From contig CAZFBV010000002.1 of assembly GCA_964517325.1 (NCBI GenBank), positions 5,728-69,727 of the forward strand: 64,000 nucleotides of DNA, read 5' to 3'. The notes beneath the pieces are model-generated. The model searched no databases and had not been told where the DNA came from. It was given only the letters and a program-made list of their open reading frames with translations. Both the position numbers and the translations under genes were made by a program. Positions 1 to 9,200 of the stretch are shown here, piece after piece; the first letter of the stretch is position 1, and each line of letters opens with the position of its first letter. The DNA is from an uncultured Gammaproteobacteria bacterium. Lineage in GTDB: Bacteria; Patescibacteriota; Patescibacteriia; Patescibacteriales; UBA12465.

Positions 1-767
1 ATACGCATGAATATCTGAACGAACTCAAATATAATAAATGGTTCAAGAAGATCATTTCTCTGGTCATCAGCCGCATCCGCCTCTGGGATCGCGCCGCTGC
101 CGACCGGGTTGATTTTTTTATCGCCAATTCCGTCACTGTCCAAAAACGTATCATGAAATATTATCGCCGCGAGTCCGTCGTCATCTACCCGCCGGTGGAG
201 ACGGAGAAGTTCTCCGTCGTCGATCTATCCGGCAAAGCGCAAAGCGAGAGATATTTCTTGGCCGGCTGCCGCTTAGCGCCGTATAAGCGCATCGATATCG
301 TTGTCGAAGCTTTTAAAAGTCTGGGTAAAGATTATAAGCTTAAGATATTCGGCGACGGCGTCGACATGAAACGATTGAAGGGCTTGGCTGGAGATAGTAA
401 TAATATTGAATTCCTGGGCCGAGTGGCCGAAGAAGAAAAAGCCCGTCTTTATCAAGGCGCCGAGGCTTTCATCAATCCGCAGGAAGAAGATTTTGGCATC
501 ACAGCCGTCGAATCGATGGCGAGCGGCCGGCCGGTCATCGCTTATCGCAAAGGAGGAGCGACCGAAACCATTATAGAAGGGAAGACTGGCGCTTTCTTCG
601 ATATCCAGACTGCTGAAGAATTGGAAAAGGCGATTAGGAATTTCCGACCGGAGACTTATGATCCGAAAGCAATCCGCGCGCATGCCGAGCAATTTTCCGT
701 AGATAATTTTAAGCGCCAGATGAATGAGTTTATCGCGGCGCGTAAGGATGTAAATAGGTCGATTTAG
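1..767 (+). CDS. Glycosyltransferase family 4 (GT-B), C-terminal part; the 5' end lies outside the window
   Basis: The frame is open from the window edge (first full codon at nt 3: THEYLNELKYNKWFKK...DFFIANSVTVQKRI). It carries the GT4 C-terminal signature EEDFGITAVESMASGRPVIAYRKGG. Stop TAG at 765-767. Confidence 0.8.
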   Translation, partial: THEYLNELKYNKWFKKIISLVISRIRLWDRAAADRVDFFIANSVTVQKRIMKYYRRESVVIYPPVETEKFSVVDLSGKAQSERYFLAGCRLAPYKRIDIVVEAFKSLGKDYKLKIFGDGVDMKRLKGLAGDSNNIEFLGRVAEEEKARLYQGAEAFINPQEEDFGITAVESMASGRPVIAYRKGGATETIIEGKTGAFFDIQTAEELEKAIRNFRPETYDPKAIRAHAEQFSVDNFKRQMNEFIAARKDVNRSI

Positions 768-770
768 ATA

Positions 771-801
771 CAAAAAAAGGGATAAGCAGAGCTTATCCCT
801 T
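771..801. terminator. Perfect 9-bp hairpin GGGATAAGC-aga-GCTTATCCC; the T-run is on the minus strand only
   Basis: The stem spans 779-787 and 791-799. It is preceded by A7 on the + strand (T7 on the minus strand) and followed by only TT on the + strand. Confidence 0.5.
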
Positions 802-1037
802 AGCATGGCGCTTATTATTACAGATCATGCCCCATGTCAGTCCGGGTAAAGCAATAATCGCATCTTTTTGGAGGAAAGTACTTTCCGTTGGTTATAAGCC
901 CGAATAAACTGATGATTAAAGTGTTTATTGGCTATTAACCGGGAATTATTATATTGGCCTTGATGCTTCTTGGTTTAACCGGTCTTGGCCATATGTTAGC
1001 CTTATATCAAAGAATTGTCAATGATATATAAATTTCT

Positions 1038-2192
1038 ATGAAAATCGGCGTCGACATAAGAGTATTGATGGATAAGCATTATAGCGGCATATCGGAATAT
1101 ACCGCTAATTTATTATCGGCCATATTAGCTCAAGATAAAGCTAATGAGTATAAGCTGTTTTATAATTCTTATCGCGATTTGAACGGCCGTTTAGATAAAT
1201 GGAATAGCTCTAATTCCCAAGTGGTCGGCCGCCATTATCCGAATAAGATCTTTAATTACTGCCTGCAGAAAGTTTTCGGTTATCCTTGTTTGGACAAAGT
1301 CCTCGGCGGCGTCGATGTTTTTTGGTCGCCGCATTTCAATTTCACGAGCCTGAGCGGTTCCGGATCAGGGCTAAAGAAAGTAATTACCGTCCATGACCTA
1401 TCATTTTTGCGCTACCCGCAATTCTTTAGCGGCCGCAAGAATTTTTGGCATAAAGCCCTCGGCGTCAAGAAGATATTAAGGGAAGCGGACAAGATTATCG
1501 CTGTTTCCGAGAATACAAAGAATGACATCATCGAGTTGGCAGAAATTACTGCAGATAAGATCAGGGTAATCTATTCCGGCAATAATGTTATCAAGAAAAT
1601 TTGGCCGGAAGATAAGATCAAGGCTAGTCTGAATAAACTAGATGTCAGCGGTCCGTTCATCCTTTATGTCGGCAATATAGAGCCGCGTAAGAATATCAGC
1701 GGTCTGATCAAGGCTTATGACCAGCTGCGCAGCAGCGGCGAGAATATCAGCCTGGTCTTAGCCGGAGCTCCGGGCTGGAAGGATGCCCAGATCTATAGCG
1801 ATTGGCAGGTTTCTCCTTATAAGGATCAGATTAAGTTTCTCGGCTATATCAGTCAAGAAGAAAAAGAAATTTTATATTCCCGAGCGGCGGTTTTTGCTTA
1901 TCCTTCATATTACGAAGGTTTCGGCTTTCCGCCCTTAGAAGCGATGGCTTGCGGCGTGCCGGTCGTTTGCTCTAATGTTTCCAGCCTGCCTGAGATAGTT
2001 GCTGATGCGGCGATCATGATTAATCCCGGTAAGCCGGCCGAAATTGCAGAGGCTATCAAAATGGTCTTGACCGATGAAGGTTTGCGCTCTCGTTTGATAG
2101 CCTCTGGCTATGAGCGAGCTCAGATGTTTTCCTGGGATAAGACCGCTAAAGAATATTTAGGATTATTTAAAGAATTGCATGAAAGCAAATAA
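1038..2192 (+). CDS. Glycosyltransferase family 4
   Basis: 384 aa. GT4 motifs are PSYYEGFGFPPLEAMACGVPVVCS and VGNIEPRKN. Confidence 0.85.
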   Translation: MKIGVDIRVLMDKHYSGISEYTANLLSAILAQDKANEYKLFYNSYRDLNGRLDKWNSSNSQVVGRHYPNKIFNYCLQKVFGYPCLDKVLGGVDVFWSPHFNFTSLSGSGSGLKKVITVHDLSFLRYPQFFSGRKNFWHKALGVKKILREADKIIAVSENTKNDIIELAEITADKIRVIYSGNNVIKKIWPEDKIKASLNKLDVSGPFILYVGNIEPRKNISGLIKAYDQLRSSGENISLVLAGAPGWKDAQIYSDWQVSPYKDQIKFLGYISQEEKEILYSRAAVFAYPSYYEGFGFPPLEAMACGVPVVCSNVSSLPEIVADAAIMINPGKPAEIAEAIKMVLTDEGLRSRLIASGYERAQMFSWDKTAKEYLGLFKELHESK

Positions 2193-3270
2193 GAAAAAAG
2201 TTCTCGTCGCGATGTCGGGCGGGGTTGATTCCAGCGTAGCCGCGCAGCTCCTGAAAAACCAGGGATATGATGTCGCCGGCGTCTTTTTGCATTTCTGGAA
2301 AGACGAGACGATGGGACCGGGAGCCGAAAACCGCTGCTGTTCGCTGGAGTCTCTCTTGGACGCTAAGGCAGTCGCGAATAAGATCGGCATCCCGCTCTAT
2401 ACTTTTAATTTTTCCGAGCCCTTTAAGAAGGCGGTTGTAGATAATTTCTTGAGCGAATATAAGGCTGGCCGGACGCCGAATCCTTGCGTTGTCTGCAATA
2501 AGCGGATCAAGCTCGGACTCTTATTAAAGCATGCTCGCGCGCTCGGCTTTGATTACGTCGCTTCGGGGCATTATCTGAATATCAAGAAAGTCGGACGCGG
2601 ATATCAGCTCTTCAAGGCTAAGGATAAGAACAAGGATCAGTCCTATTTCTTATATACTTTCACGCCCGACGAGCTCGCGCATCTCATGTTTCCGTTAGGG
2701 AATTATACTAAGCCGCAAGTGCGGAAATTAGCGGCTAAATTCAAATTGACAGTTGCGGCTAAGCCGGAAAGCCAGGATATCTGCTTCCTATCCGGCAGCC
2801 ATAATAATTTCTTGAAGAAATATCTGAAGTTGATTCCAGGAGATATCCGGATATTGGGCACTAACGAGAAGATCGGCGAGCATCAAGGTTTGCCGCTCTA
2901 TACTATCGGCCAGCGCCGCGGTTTAGTCGGCGGGACCGGGCCATATTATGCGGCTAAATTTGATTATAAGAAGAATATTCTTTATGTCGTTAAGAATTGG
3001 AACGAGAATATCTTGTATGAGGAAGGCTTGATTGCCAAGAAGGTCAATTGGCTCTCCGGGCGCGCGCCGCAGAGAGCTTTCAAATGCGGAGCAGTAATCC
3101 GTTACGGCCATCCGGCTGTGTCTTGTATGGTTTCTCCTAAGAATAAGACGGATTATCTTGTTATTTTCAACAAGTCGCAGCGCGCCGTCACGCCAGGGCA
3201 GAGCGTCGTTTTTTACGATAAACAGCGCGTTTTAGGCGGAGGGATAATCGCCGCTCTGAAGCGGTCTTGA
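2179..3270 (+). CDS. mnmA: tRNA-specific 2-thiouridylase MnmA
   Basis: PP-loop VLVAMSGGVDSSVAA plus PNPCVVCNKRIK and KDQSYFLY motifs. The start overlaps the upstream GT4 by 14 nt. Confidence 0.9.
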   Translation: MKANKKKVLVAMSGGVDSSVAAQLLKNQGYDVAGVFLHFWKDETMGPGAENRCCSLESLLDAKAVANKIGIPLYTFNFSEPFKKAVVDNFLSEYKAGRTPNPCVVCNKRIKLGLLLKHARALGFDYVASGHYLNIKKVGRGYQLFKAKDKNKDQSYFLYTFTPDELAHLMFPLGNYTKPQVRKLAAKFKLTVAAKPESQDICFLSGSHNNFLKKYLKLIPGDIRILGTNEKIGEHQGLPLYTIGQRRGLVGGTGPYYAAKFDYKKNILYVVKNWNENILYEEGLIAKKVNWLSGRAPQRAFKCGAVIRYGHPAVSCMVSPKNKTDYLVIFNKSQRAVTPGQSVVFYDKQRVLGGGIIAALKRS

Positions 3271-3326
3271 TTATTTATTTTTTGTGCTATAATGATGGGC
3301 GTAATAAAAATTAATTTTCTATCATT

Positions 3327-3683
3327 ATGGCTCAAGCTCTCCCCGATGTCTTCAAGCGCATCCAAGACAGGAAGAAAGAACAGCGCGAATTAAAAACCAT
3401 GTATCGCGACGCCCTCTCGGTCAACGGCGATTACCAGCAGACCCTGGAAGAATTGAATGTTTTGAAATTAAAGAAGAAGAAGATTGAAGCGACGGTAGCT
3501 TCTGACTTCAAAGAGGAATTTGATAAGCTCGAGGGCTTGAAACTGAACATCGCCGGAGACAATCAATTATTGAGTGATCTAGCTATTAACCAGCTGACGA
3601 GCGGCGAGCCGATCAAGATCGTTGATGAGAATAAAGTAGAATACGAGCCGGTATTCACGGTCAGATTCAAGAAAGCGCAGTAG
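3327..3683 (+). CDS. Hypothetical small coiled-coil protein
   Basis: 118-aa ORF rich in charged residues with heptad-like spacing. I recognise no motif. Confidence 0.5.
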   Translation: MAQALPDVFKRIQDRKKEQRELKTMYRDALSVNGDYQQTLEELNVLKLKKKKIEATVASDFKEEFDKLEGLKLNIAGDNQLLSDLAINQLTSGEPIKIVDENKVEYEPVFTVRFKKAQ

Positions 3684-3687
3684 CGTT

Positions 3688-4245
3688 ATGTCCGATTTTA
3701 ATATAGTTAAACAAGAAATAGAATCTATATTACCAAAATCTCCTTTGGATTTTGAGCTTGCTCACGGTCGGCTCGTCTTGAAATGGATACTAGAAATAAA
3801 TCCGGCCGCAGACGAAGCTCTTAAGATTGCGGCCTTATCGCACGATATAGATAGGGCAATGACTGGAATAACCGAGAAAGATCTCGTTGATTATTCAAAG
3901 ATCAATGAATTTAAAAAAGAGCATTGCCTGAGGTCTGCTAGCTTCATCGCTGATATTTTACAGAAACACAGATATGGTCAAGAAATTATTGATAAGGTTA
4001 AGCATTTAGTGGAAAATCATGAGTTCGGGGGAGATGAAGAGTCTGACATGCTGATGAGCGCTGATAGCCTAGCTTATTTTGATTATAATATTCCTTTTTA
4101 TTTAGAAAGAAATGGCGAAGAAAGGACAAAAGAAAAAATTAGATTCATGTATAATCGGCTTTCTCCAGAGGCTCAAAAGCTGGTAGCTAAAATAAATTTT
4201 TCCGATCCGAAGATAGCTCAATTAGTAAAAGAATCTCTATCGTAA
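3688..4245 (+). CDS. HD-like phosphohydrolase-fold protein (DUF4202-like)
   Basis: Contains LSHDIDR and VENHEF motifs. The tail RLSPEAQKLVAKINFSDPKIAQLV resembles DUF4202 proteins as I remember them. Confidence 0.55.
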   Translation: MSDFNIVKQEIESILPKSPLDFELAHGRLVLKWILEINPAADEALKIAALSHDIDRAMTGITEKDLVDYSKINEFKKEHCLRSASFIADILQKHRYGQEIIDKVKHLVENHEFGGDEESDMLMSADSLAYFDYNIPFYLERNGEERTKEKIRFMYNRLSPEAQKLVAKINFSDPKIAQLVKESLS

Positions 4246-4265
4246 TTAGCATAATCAGTAGCTAC

Positions 4266-4294
4266 AAAAAAAGACCCTTTCTAGGGTCTTTTTG
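4266..4294. terminator. Bidirectional intrinsic terminator
   Basis: A6-AGACCC-tttcta-GGGTCT-T5. It lies between the + strand HD gene and the minus-strand tRNA-Leu. Confidence 0.65.
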
Positions 4295-4300
4295 TAAATG

Positions 4301-4384
4301 TGCCCGGGGCGGGAATCGAACCCGCATGGCCTCACGGCCGCACGATTTTGAGTCGTGTTCGTCTACCAGTTCCGACACCTGGGC
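4301..4384 (-). tRNA. tRNA-Leu (anticodon CAA), class II with long variable arm
   Basis: The reverse complement folds by hand: acceptor GCCCAGG/CCCGGGC (one A-C mismatch at 5:68), 3-bp D stem, anticodon stem CACGA/TCGTG with loop CTCAAAA, variable arm GGCC-gtga-GGCC, and T arm GCGGG-TTCGATT-CCCGC. Discriminator is A; no CCA is encoded. Confidence 0.85.
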
Positions 4385-4411
4385 TAAATTAACTGGCTTA
4401 TTACGATTTTC

Positions 4412-4440
4412 AGTATAATAAATAAAATATTAATTGTCAA
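4412..4440 (-). promoter_or_regulatory. Putative sigma70-type promoter for tRNA-Leu
   Basis: Minus strand reads TTGACA-N17-TATACT, which leaves a leader of about 20 nt before the tRNA 5' end. Confidence 0.4.
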
Positions 4441-4462
4441 AAGGGATTCTTTATTATATAAT
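4434..4462 (+). promoter_or_regulatory. Putative sigma70-type promoter for parA
   Basis: TTGTCA-N17-TATAAT ends 8 nt before the parA ATG. Its -35 overlaps the -35 of the divergent tRNA promoter (palindromic TTGTCAA). Confidence 0.45.
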
Positions 4463-4470
4463 ACCCTCAT

Positions 4471-5235
4471 ATGGGGAAAATAATCGCCATCGTTAACCAA
4501 AAAGGCGGAGTCGGCAAGACGACGACTTCCGTCAATCTCAGCGCCTATTTAGCCCACCTGGGCAAACGGGTGCTTTTAGTCGATATCGACCCCCAGGCGA
4601 ACGCGACTTCCGGCATCGGAATTGATCATCGCACCTTGGAACATGGCGTTTATGAAGCCCTGATTGGCAATAAGCCGCTATTCGAAGTTATTAAAAGGAC
4701 AGTTCAGAAAGGCCTACATATTGCTCCGGCGACTATTTCTTTGGCCGGCGCTGGCGTAGAGATGGTTAGTTTGGAAAATCGTGAATTCCGTTTAGCCCAT
4801 GTCTTAGAAGAAGTTAAGAAAGATTTTGATTACATCATCATTGACGGTCCGCCTTCGCTCGGCCTCCTGACGATCAACAGCCTGGTCGCAGCCGACGAGA
4901 TCCTTATTCCGATCCAAAGCGAATACTATGCCTTGGAAGGCTTGAGCCAGCTTTTAGAGACTATCAGCCTAGTGCAGAATAATCTGAAACCCAGTTTGGG
5001 CATCATGGGCGCGGTCATAACCATGTTCGACCGCCGCAATAAATTATCCGAATCAGTCATGGGCGAATTATATCAATATTTCCCGAATCGTATTTTCCGT
5101 TCCGTCATCCCGCGCAGCGTGCGGCTCGCCGAAGCGCCGAGCTATGGCCGCTCTATCCTGCATTACGATCCGAAATCCAAAGGCGGCAAAGCCTACGAGG
5201 GTCTGGCTAAAGAAATCTTAAGTTTAGAAAAATAA
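4471..5235 (+). CDS. parA: Chromosome partitioning ATPase ParA/Soj
   Basis: Deviant Walker A motif NQKGGVGKTTTSVNL, 254 aa, directly upstream of parB. Confidence 0.9.
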   Translation: MGKIIAIVNQKGGVGKTTTSVNLSAYLAHLGKRVLLVDIDPQANATSGIGIDHRTLEHGVYEALIGNKPLFEVIKRTVQKGLHIAPATISLAGAGVEMVSLENREFRLAHVLEEVKKDFDYIIIDGPPSLGLLTINSLVAADEILIPIQSEYYALEGLSQLLETISLVQNNLKPSLGIMGAVITMFDRRNKLSESVMGELYQYFPNRIFRSVIPRSVRLAEAPSYGRSILHYDPKSKGGKAYEGLAKEILSLEK

Positions 5236-5238
5236 TAT

Positions 5239-6123
5239 ATGCCCCAAGGTTTAGGCCGAGGACTCGGCTCCTTAATCCCGAAAAAAACTGTTACTTACGG
5301 ACAAAACCCTTTCAAAGCGGAAATCTCGGAAGAGGAGACTGTGGTTCTTAATGATGGAGACAGAATCTTAAGGATTAATCCTGATAAGATAGTCATCAAT
5401 CCGCAGCAGCCACGGACGCATTTTTCTGAAACCGCCCTCAATGATCTGGCTGAATCTATCAAGCAGCATGGCATCATCCAGCCGCTCATAGTTACTAAGA
5501 AAGGCGACAAGTATGAACTGATTGCCGGCGAACGCCGCTGGCGCAGCGCTAAGCTTATCGGCTTAAAGGAAGTTCCGGTTATAGTCAGGGAAGAACAGGA
5601 ACAGAAGAAGCTTGAGCTGGCGCTCATAGAAAACCTGCAGCGGGAGAATCTTAATCCGCTGGAAACCGCTCGCGCCTATAAGCGCCTGATTGATGAATTC
5701 AATATCACTCAGGAAGAAGCGGCTAAGAAAGTAGGCAAGGCGCGTTCTAGCGTGGCTAACGCCTTACGTTTGCTGACTCTGCCAATAGCCGTTCAGGAAG
5801 CTTTGGCGACCGGTAAGATTACTGAAGCGCACGCCAAGTATCTCATGGGTCTGGAAAATGAGGCGAAGCAGCTGACGATGCTGAAGAAGATAATCCGCCA
5901 GAATCTGACAGTCGCGGAAACCGATAAGGAGATCAAGCGCCTGACCAGCCCTAAAGAAGCGCAGCAGAAAGATTATTTTGATCGCGCGCAGGAGAATGAG
6001 TTGGGCGAATTCCTCGGAACTAAAGTAGAATTGAAGAGGCAAGGGCGAGGCGGAAAGATCATGATTGATTTTTATAGCGAGGAAGAATTGATAAATATTT
6101 TGAAGAAGATAAACAAGCAATAG
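5239..6123 (+). CDS. parB: Chromosome partitioning protein ParB/Spo0J
   Basis: GERRWRSAKL box, an HTH region (QEEAAKKVGKARSSVANALRLL), and an N-terminal GLGRGLGSLIP motif. Confidence 0.9.
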   Translation: MPQGLGRGLGSLIPKKTVTYGQNPFKAEISEEETVVLNDGDRILRINPDKIVINPQQPRTHFSETALNDLAESIKQHGIIQPLIVTKKGDKYELIAGERRWRSAKLIGLKEVPVIVREEQEQKKLELALIENLQRENLNPLETARAYKRLIDEFNITQEEAAKKVGKARSSVANALRLLTLPIAVQEALATGKITEAHAKYLMGLENEAKQLTMLKKIIRQNLTVAETDKEIKRLTSPKEAQQKDYFDRAQENELGEFLGTKVELKRQGRGGKIMIDFYSEEELINILKKINKQ

Positions 6124-6150
6124 AAGAATAATTTTAATAGTTTGAATCAT

Positions 6151-6181
6151 AAAAAAGAGCTGGCAAGTCCGGCTCTTTTTG
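6151..6181 (+). terminator. Intrinsic terminator after parB
   Basis: A6-GAGCTGG-caagt-CCGGCTC-T5, with one mismatch in the stem. Confidence 0.55.
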
Positions 6182-6186
6182 TCAAG

Positions 6187-6215
6187 TTGTCAGCCCGGGT
6201 TTCTTATACTAAAAT
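6187..6215 (+). promoter_or_regulatory. Putative promoter for dnaE
   Basis: TTGTCA-N17-TAAAAT located 35 nt upstream of the dnaE ATG. Confidence 0.4.
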
Positions 6216-6250
6216 GATAAGAGAAATCTTAATTTTTCTTAAAATATTCC

Positions 6251-9200
6251 ATGTCTTTTGTCCACCTCCACAATCATAGCCATTACTCTTTGCTCGACGG
6301 GCTGACTAAGCTCGACGAGATGGTTAATTTTGCCAAGGAACAGGGGTCTCCGGCTGTGGCTATTACCGATCATGGGACTATGTATGGCGTCATAGAATTC
6401 TACCAGAAGGCCAAAAAGGCCGGAATTAAGCCCATTTTGGGCGTTGAGACCTATTTGGCGCCTCATTCTCGTTTTGACAAGAATACGCGCGAAGACGGCC
6501 GCGGCTACCATCTGCTCTTATTGGCCAAGAACCTGACCGGCTATAAGAACCTGATCAAGCTGGTTTCCCATGCCCATATCGAAGGCTTTTATTATAAGCC
6601 GCGGATCGACTGGGAAATATTGGTCAAACATCATGAGGGGCTGATCGCTTCGACAGCCTGTCTGGCCGGCGAAATCCCGCGCTTGATTACGGCCGATAAG
6701 CTGGAAGAAGCGGAAAAGAGAATCTTAGAATATAATAGCCTGTTCGGCCAGGGTAATTTTTATTTGGAGATAATGGACCATCCGGAATTAGGAGAAGATC
6801 TGGAGAAGGTTAATAAAACGCTGATCAAGTTTTCTCGAGATCTAGGCATTCCTCTGGTCGCGACTAACGACGTCCATTATTTTAAGAAAGAAGATGCGGA
6901 AGCGCAGGATATCTTATTGTGCCTGCAGAACAAGAAGAAGAAGAGCGATACTGATCGCATGACTATGCTCGGCCATGGCGATTATTCGATGCGTCCGAAC
7001 GCGGAGATGATCGCCGCTTTCAAAGATACTCCGGAAGCGATCGAGAATACCTTGAAGATAGCGGAGATGTGCAATGTCGAGATTGAACTCGGCAACATCC
7101 AATTGCCGCATTTTGAAGTGCCTCGGGGCTATGACGGCCTGTCTTATCTGAAAGAATGGTGCGAGAAGGGAATTAGCAAGCGTTTTCCTGAAGCTAGCGC
7201 GGAAGAAATGAAAAAGATCCGCGAGCGCTTGGATTATGAGCTATCAGTTATTGCTAAGATGGGCTGGCCTTCTTATTTCTTGATCGTCGCTGATTTTATA
7301 AACTGGGCTAAGGATAATAAGATTGTCGTCGGCCCGGGCCGCGGCAGCGCCGCCGGATCTCTGGTTTGCTATCTGACAGGAATCACTAACCTTGATCCGC
7401 TCAAATACGATCTGCTCTTTGAACGCTTCTTAAACCCGGATCGTATTTCCATGCCTGATATCGATATGGATTTCGCCGATATCCGCCGCGGCGAAGTGCT
7501 TAAATATGTCGAAGAAAAATATGGCCAAGACCATGTCGCCCAGATCATCACTTTCGGAACTATGGCGGCTCGGGCGGCCGTGCGCGATGTCGGCCGCGTG
7601 CTGGATGAGCCTTATGATTATTGTGATAAGATCTCCAAGAGCATCCCGATGATGATGAAGCTGGACGAAGCGCTCAAGACCGTGCCGGAATTAAAGGAGA
7701 TGTATAATACGGAACCGGCGGCCAAAAAGATCTTGGATTACGCGAAGCGTTTAGAGGGCGTCGCCCGCCATTCTTCGACCCATGCTTGCGGCGTGCTCAT
7801 CACCAAGGACCCGCTGACGGACAATGTGCCTATTCAATACGCTTCTTCAGCTGATAAGAGCGTCATTTCCCAGTATTCTCTCCATCCGGTCGAGGATCTG
7901 GGCTTATTGAAGATGGACTTCTTGGGCTTGAAAAATTTGACCATCATTGAGTCGGCCCTGAAGATCATTAAAAATACTCGCGGTCTAGAAATAGATATTG
8001 ATAAGATACCGTTAGATGACGCTAAGACTTATAAGCTGTTTCAAGACGGAGAAACGACCGGCGTCTTCCAATTCGAATCTTCCGGCATGAAGCGCTATCT
8101 GCGCGAACTGAAACCGACGGTTTTTGAAGATATTATCGCCATGGTAGCTTTGTATCGCCCGGGTCCGATGGAATGGATTCCAGACTATATTGCCGGCAAG
8201 CATAAGACGAAGAAAGTAGTCTATCTTCATCCGAAATTGGCGCCTATCCTCGAAAAGACTTACGGCGTCGCCATCTATCAGGAGCAAGTCATGCAGATTG
8301 CCAGAGATTTAGCCGGCTTCACTATGGGCCAGGCCGATGTGTTGCGCAAGGCCATGGGCAAGAAGATCGCCTCGCTCTTAGCTGAACAGAAAGAGAAATT
8401 CATTGAGGGCTGCGTCAAGAATGGCGTCTATAAAGAATTAGGAGAAAAGGTCTTTTCTTTCATCGAACCTTTCGCCGGTTATGGCTTTAATCGCAGCCAC
8501 GCCGCCTGTTATGCTCTTATCGGCTATCAGACCGCTTATCTCAAAGCGCATTGGCCGGTAGAATTCATGGCCGCCCTCCTGACCTCGGATCAAGGCGATA
8601 CGGATCGCGTCGCGATTGAGATTGAGGAATGCCGCAATATGGGCATTAAGATTATGGCGCCGGATATCAACGAATCATATGGAACTTTCACCGTTGTCAC
8701 TTCCGGAACCAAAGAGAATCGCGCCGTGACCGCCGATGATAAGAGTATCGACACTATCCGCTTCGGTTTGAAGGCGATCAAGAATGTCGGCGAACATATC
8801 GTTGAGGAATTGATCCGTGAAAGGAAAGAAAACGGGCCGTACCAAGATGTTTTTGATATTCTGGAGAGAGTGACTGATAAAGATTTGAATAAAAAATCCT
8901 TGGAGAGCTTAATCAAGAGCGGCGCTTTAGATAATTTCGGCGAACGCGGACAGCTGCTGGCCAATATTGAAAGGATGTTGAGCTTTAATAAGGAATTGGC
9001 GAAGAATAAAGACAATAAGCAGACTAGCTTGTTCGCGGAATTGCCGGCCGTCAATCTAAGCCATATTACTCTTAGCCCGGCAGCTCCGGCCGAGCAGAAC
9101 GAGAAATTAATTTGGGAAAAGGAACTCTTGGGCTTATACGTCAGCGAGCATCCTTTCAATGCTTTTCGACCGTATTTAGCTAATTATATCATTCCTTTGG

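Noticed and set aside
871-900. GGAGGAAAGTAC...GGTTATAAGCC resembles the RNase P RNA CR-I (GAGGAAAGUCC) and GGCUUAU elements.
   Set aside because: The match is really a self-complementary 14-nt palindrome. The other universally conserved RNase P blocks (for example AGGGUGAAA and ACAGAA-CCGGCUUA in the correct order) are absent. The gap is only 270 nt.
8590-9159. Long antisense ORFs inside well-supported genes. Examples are 8590-9159(-) in dnaE, 273-806(-), 16829-17534(+) in prfA, 38555-38968(-), 39320-39754(-), 32225-32692(-) and 53723-54100(-).
   Set aside because: Each lies entirely within a gene that has strong family motifs on the other strand. Their translations are low-complexity (Ser/Leu/Arg-rich) with no motifs, which is typical of shadow ORFs.
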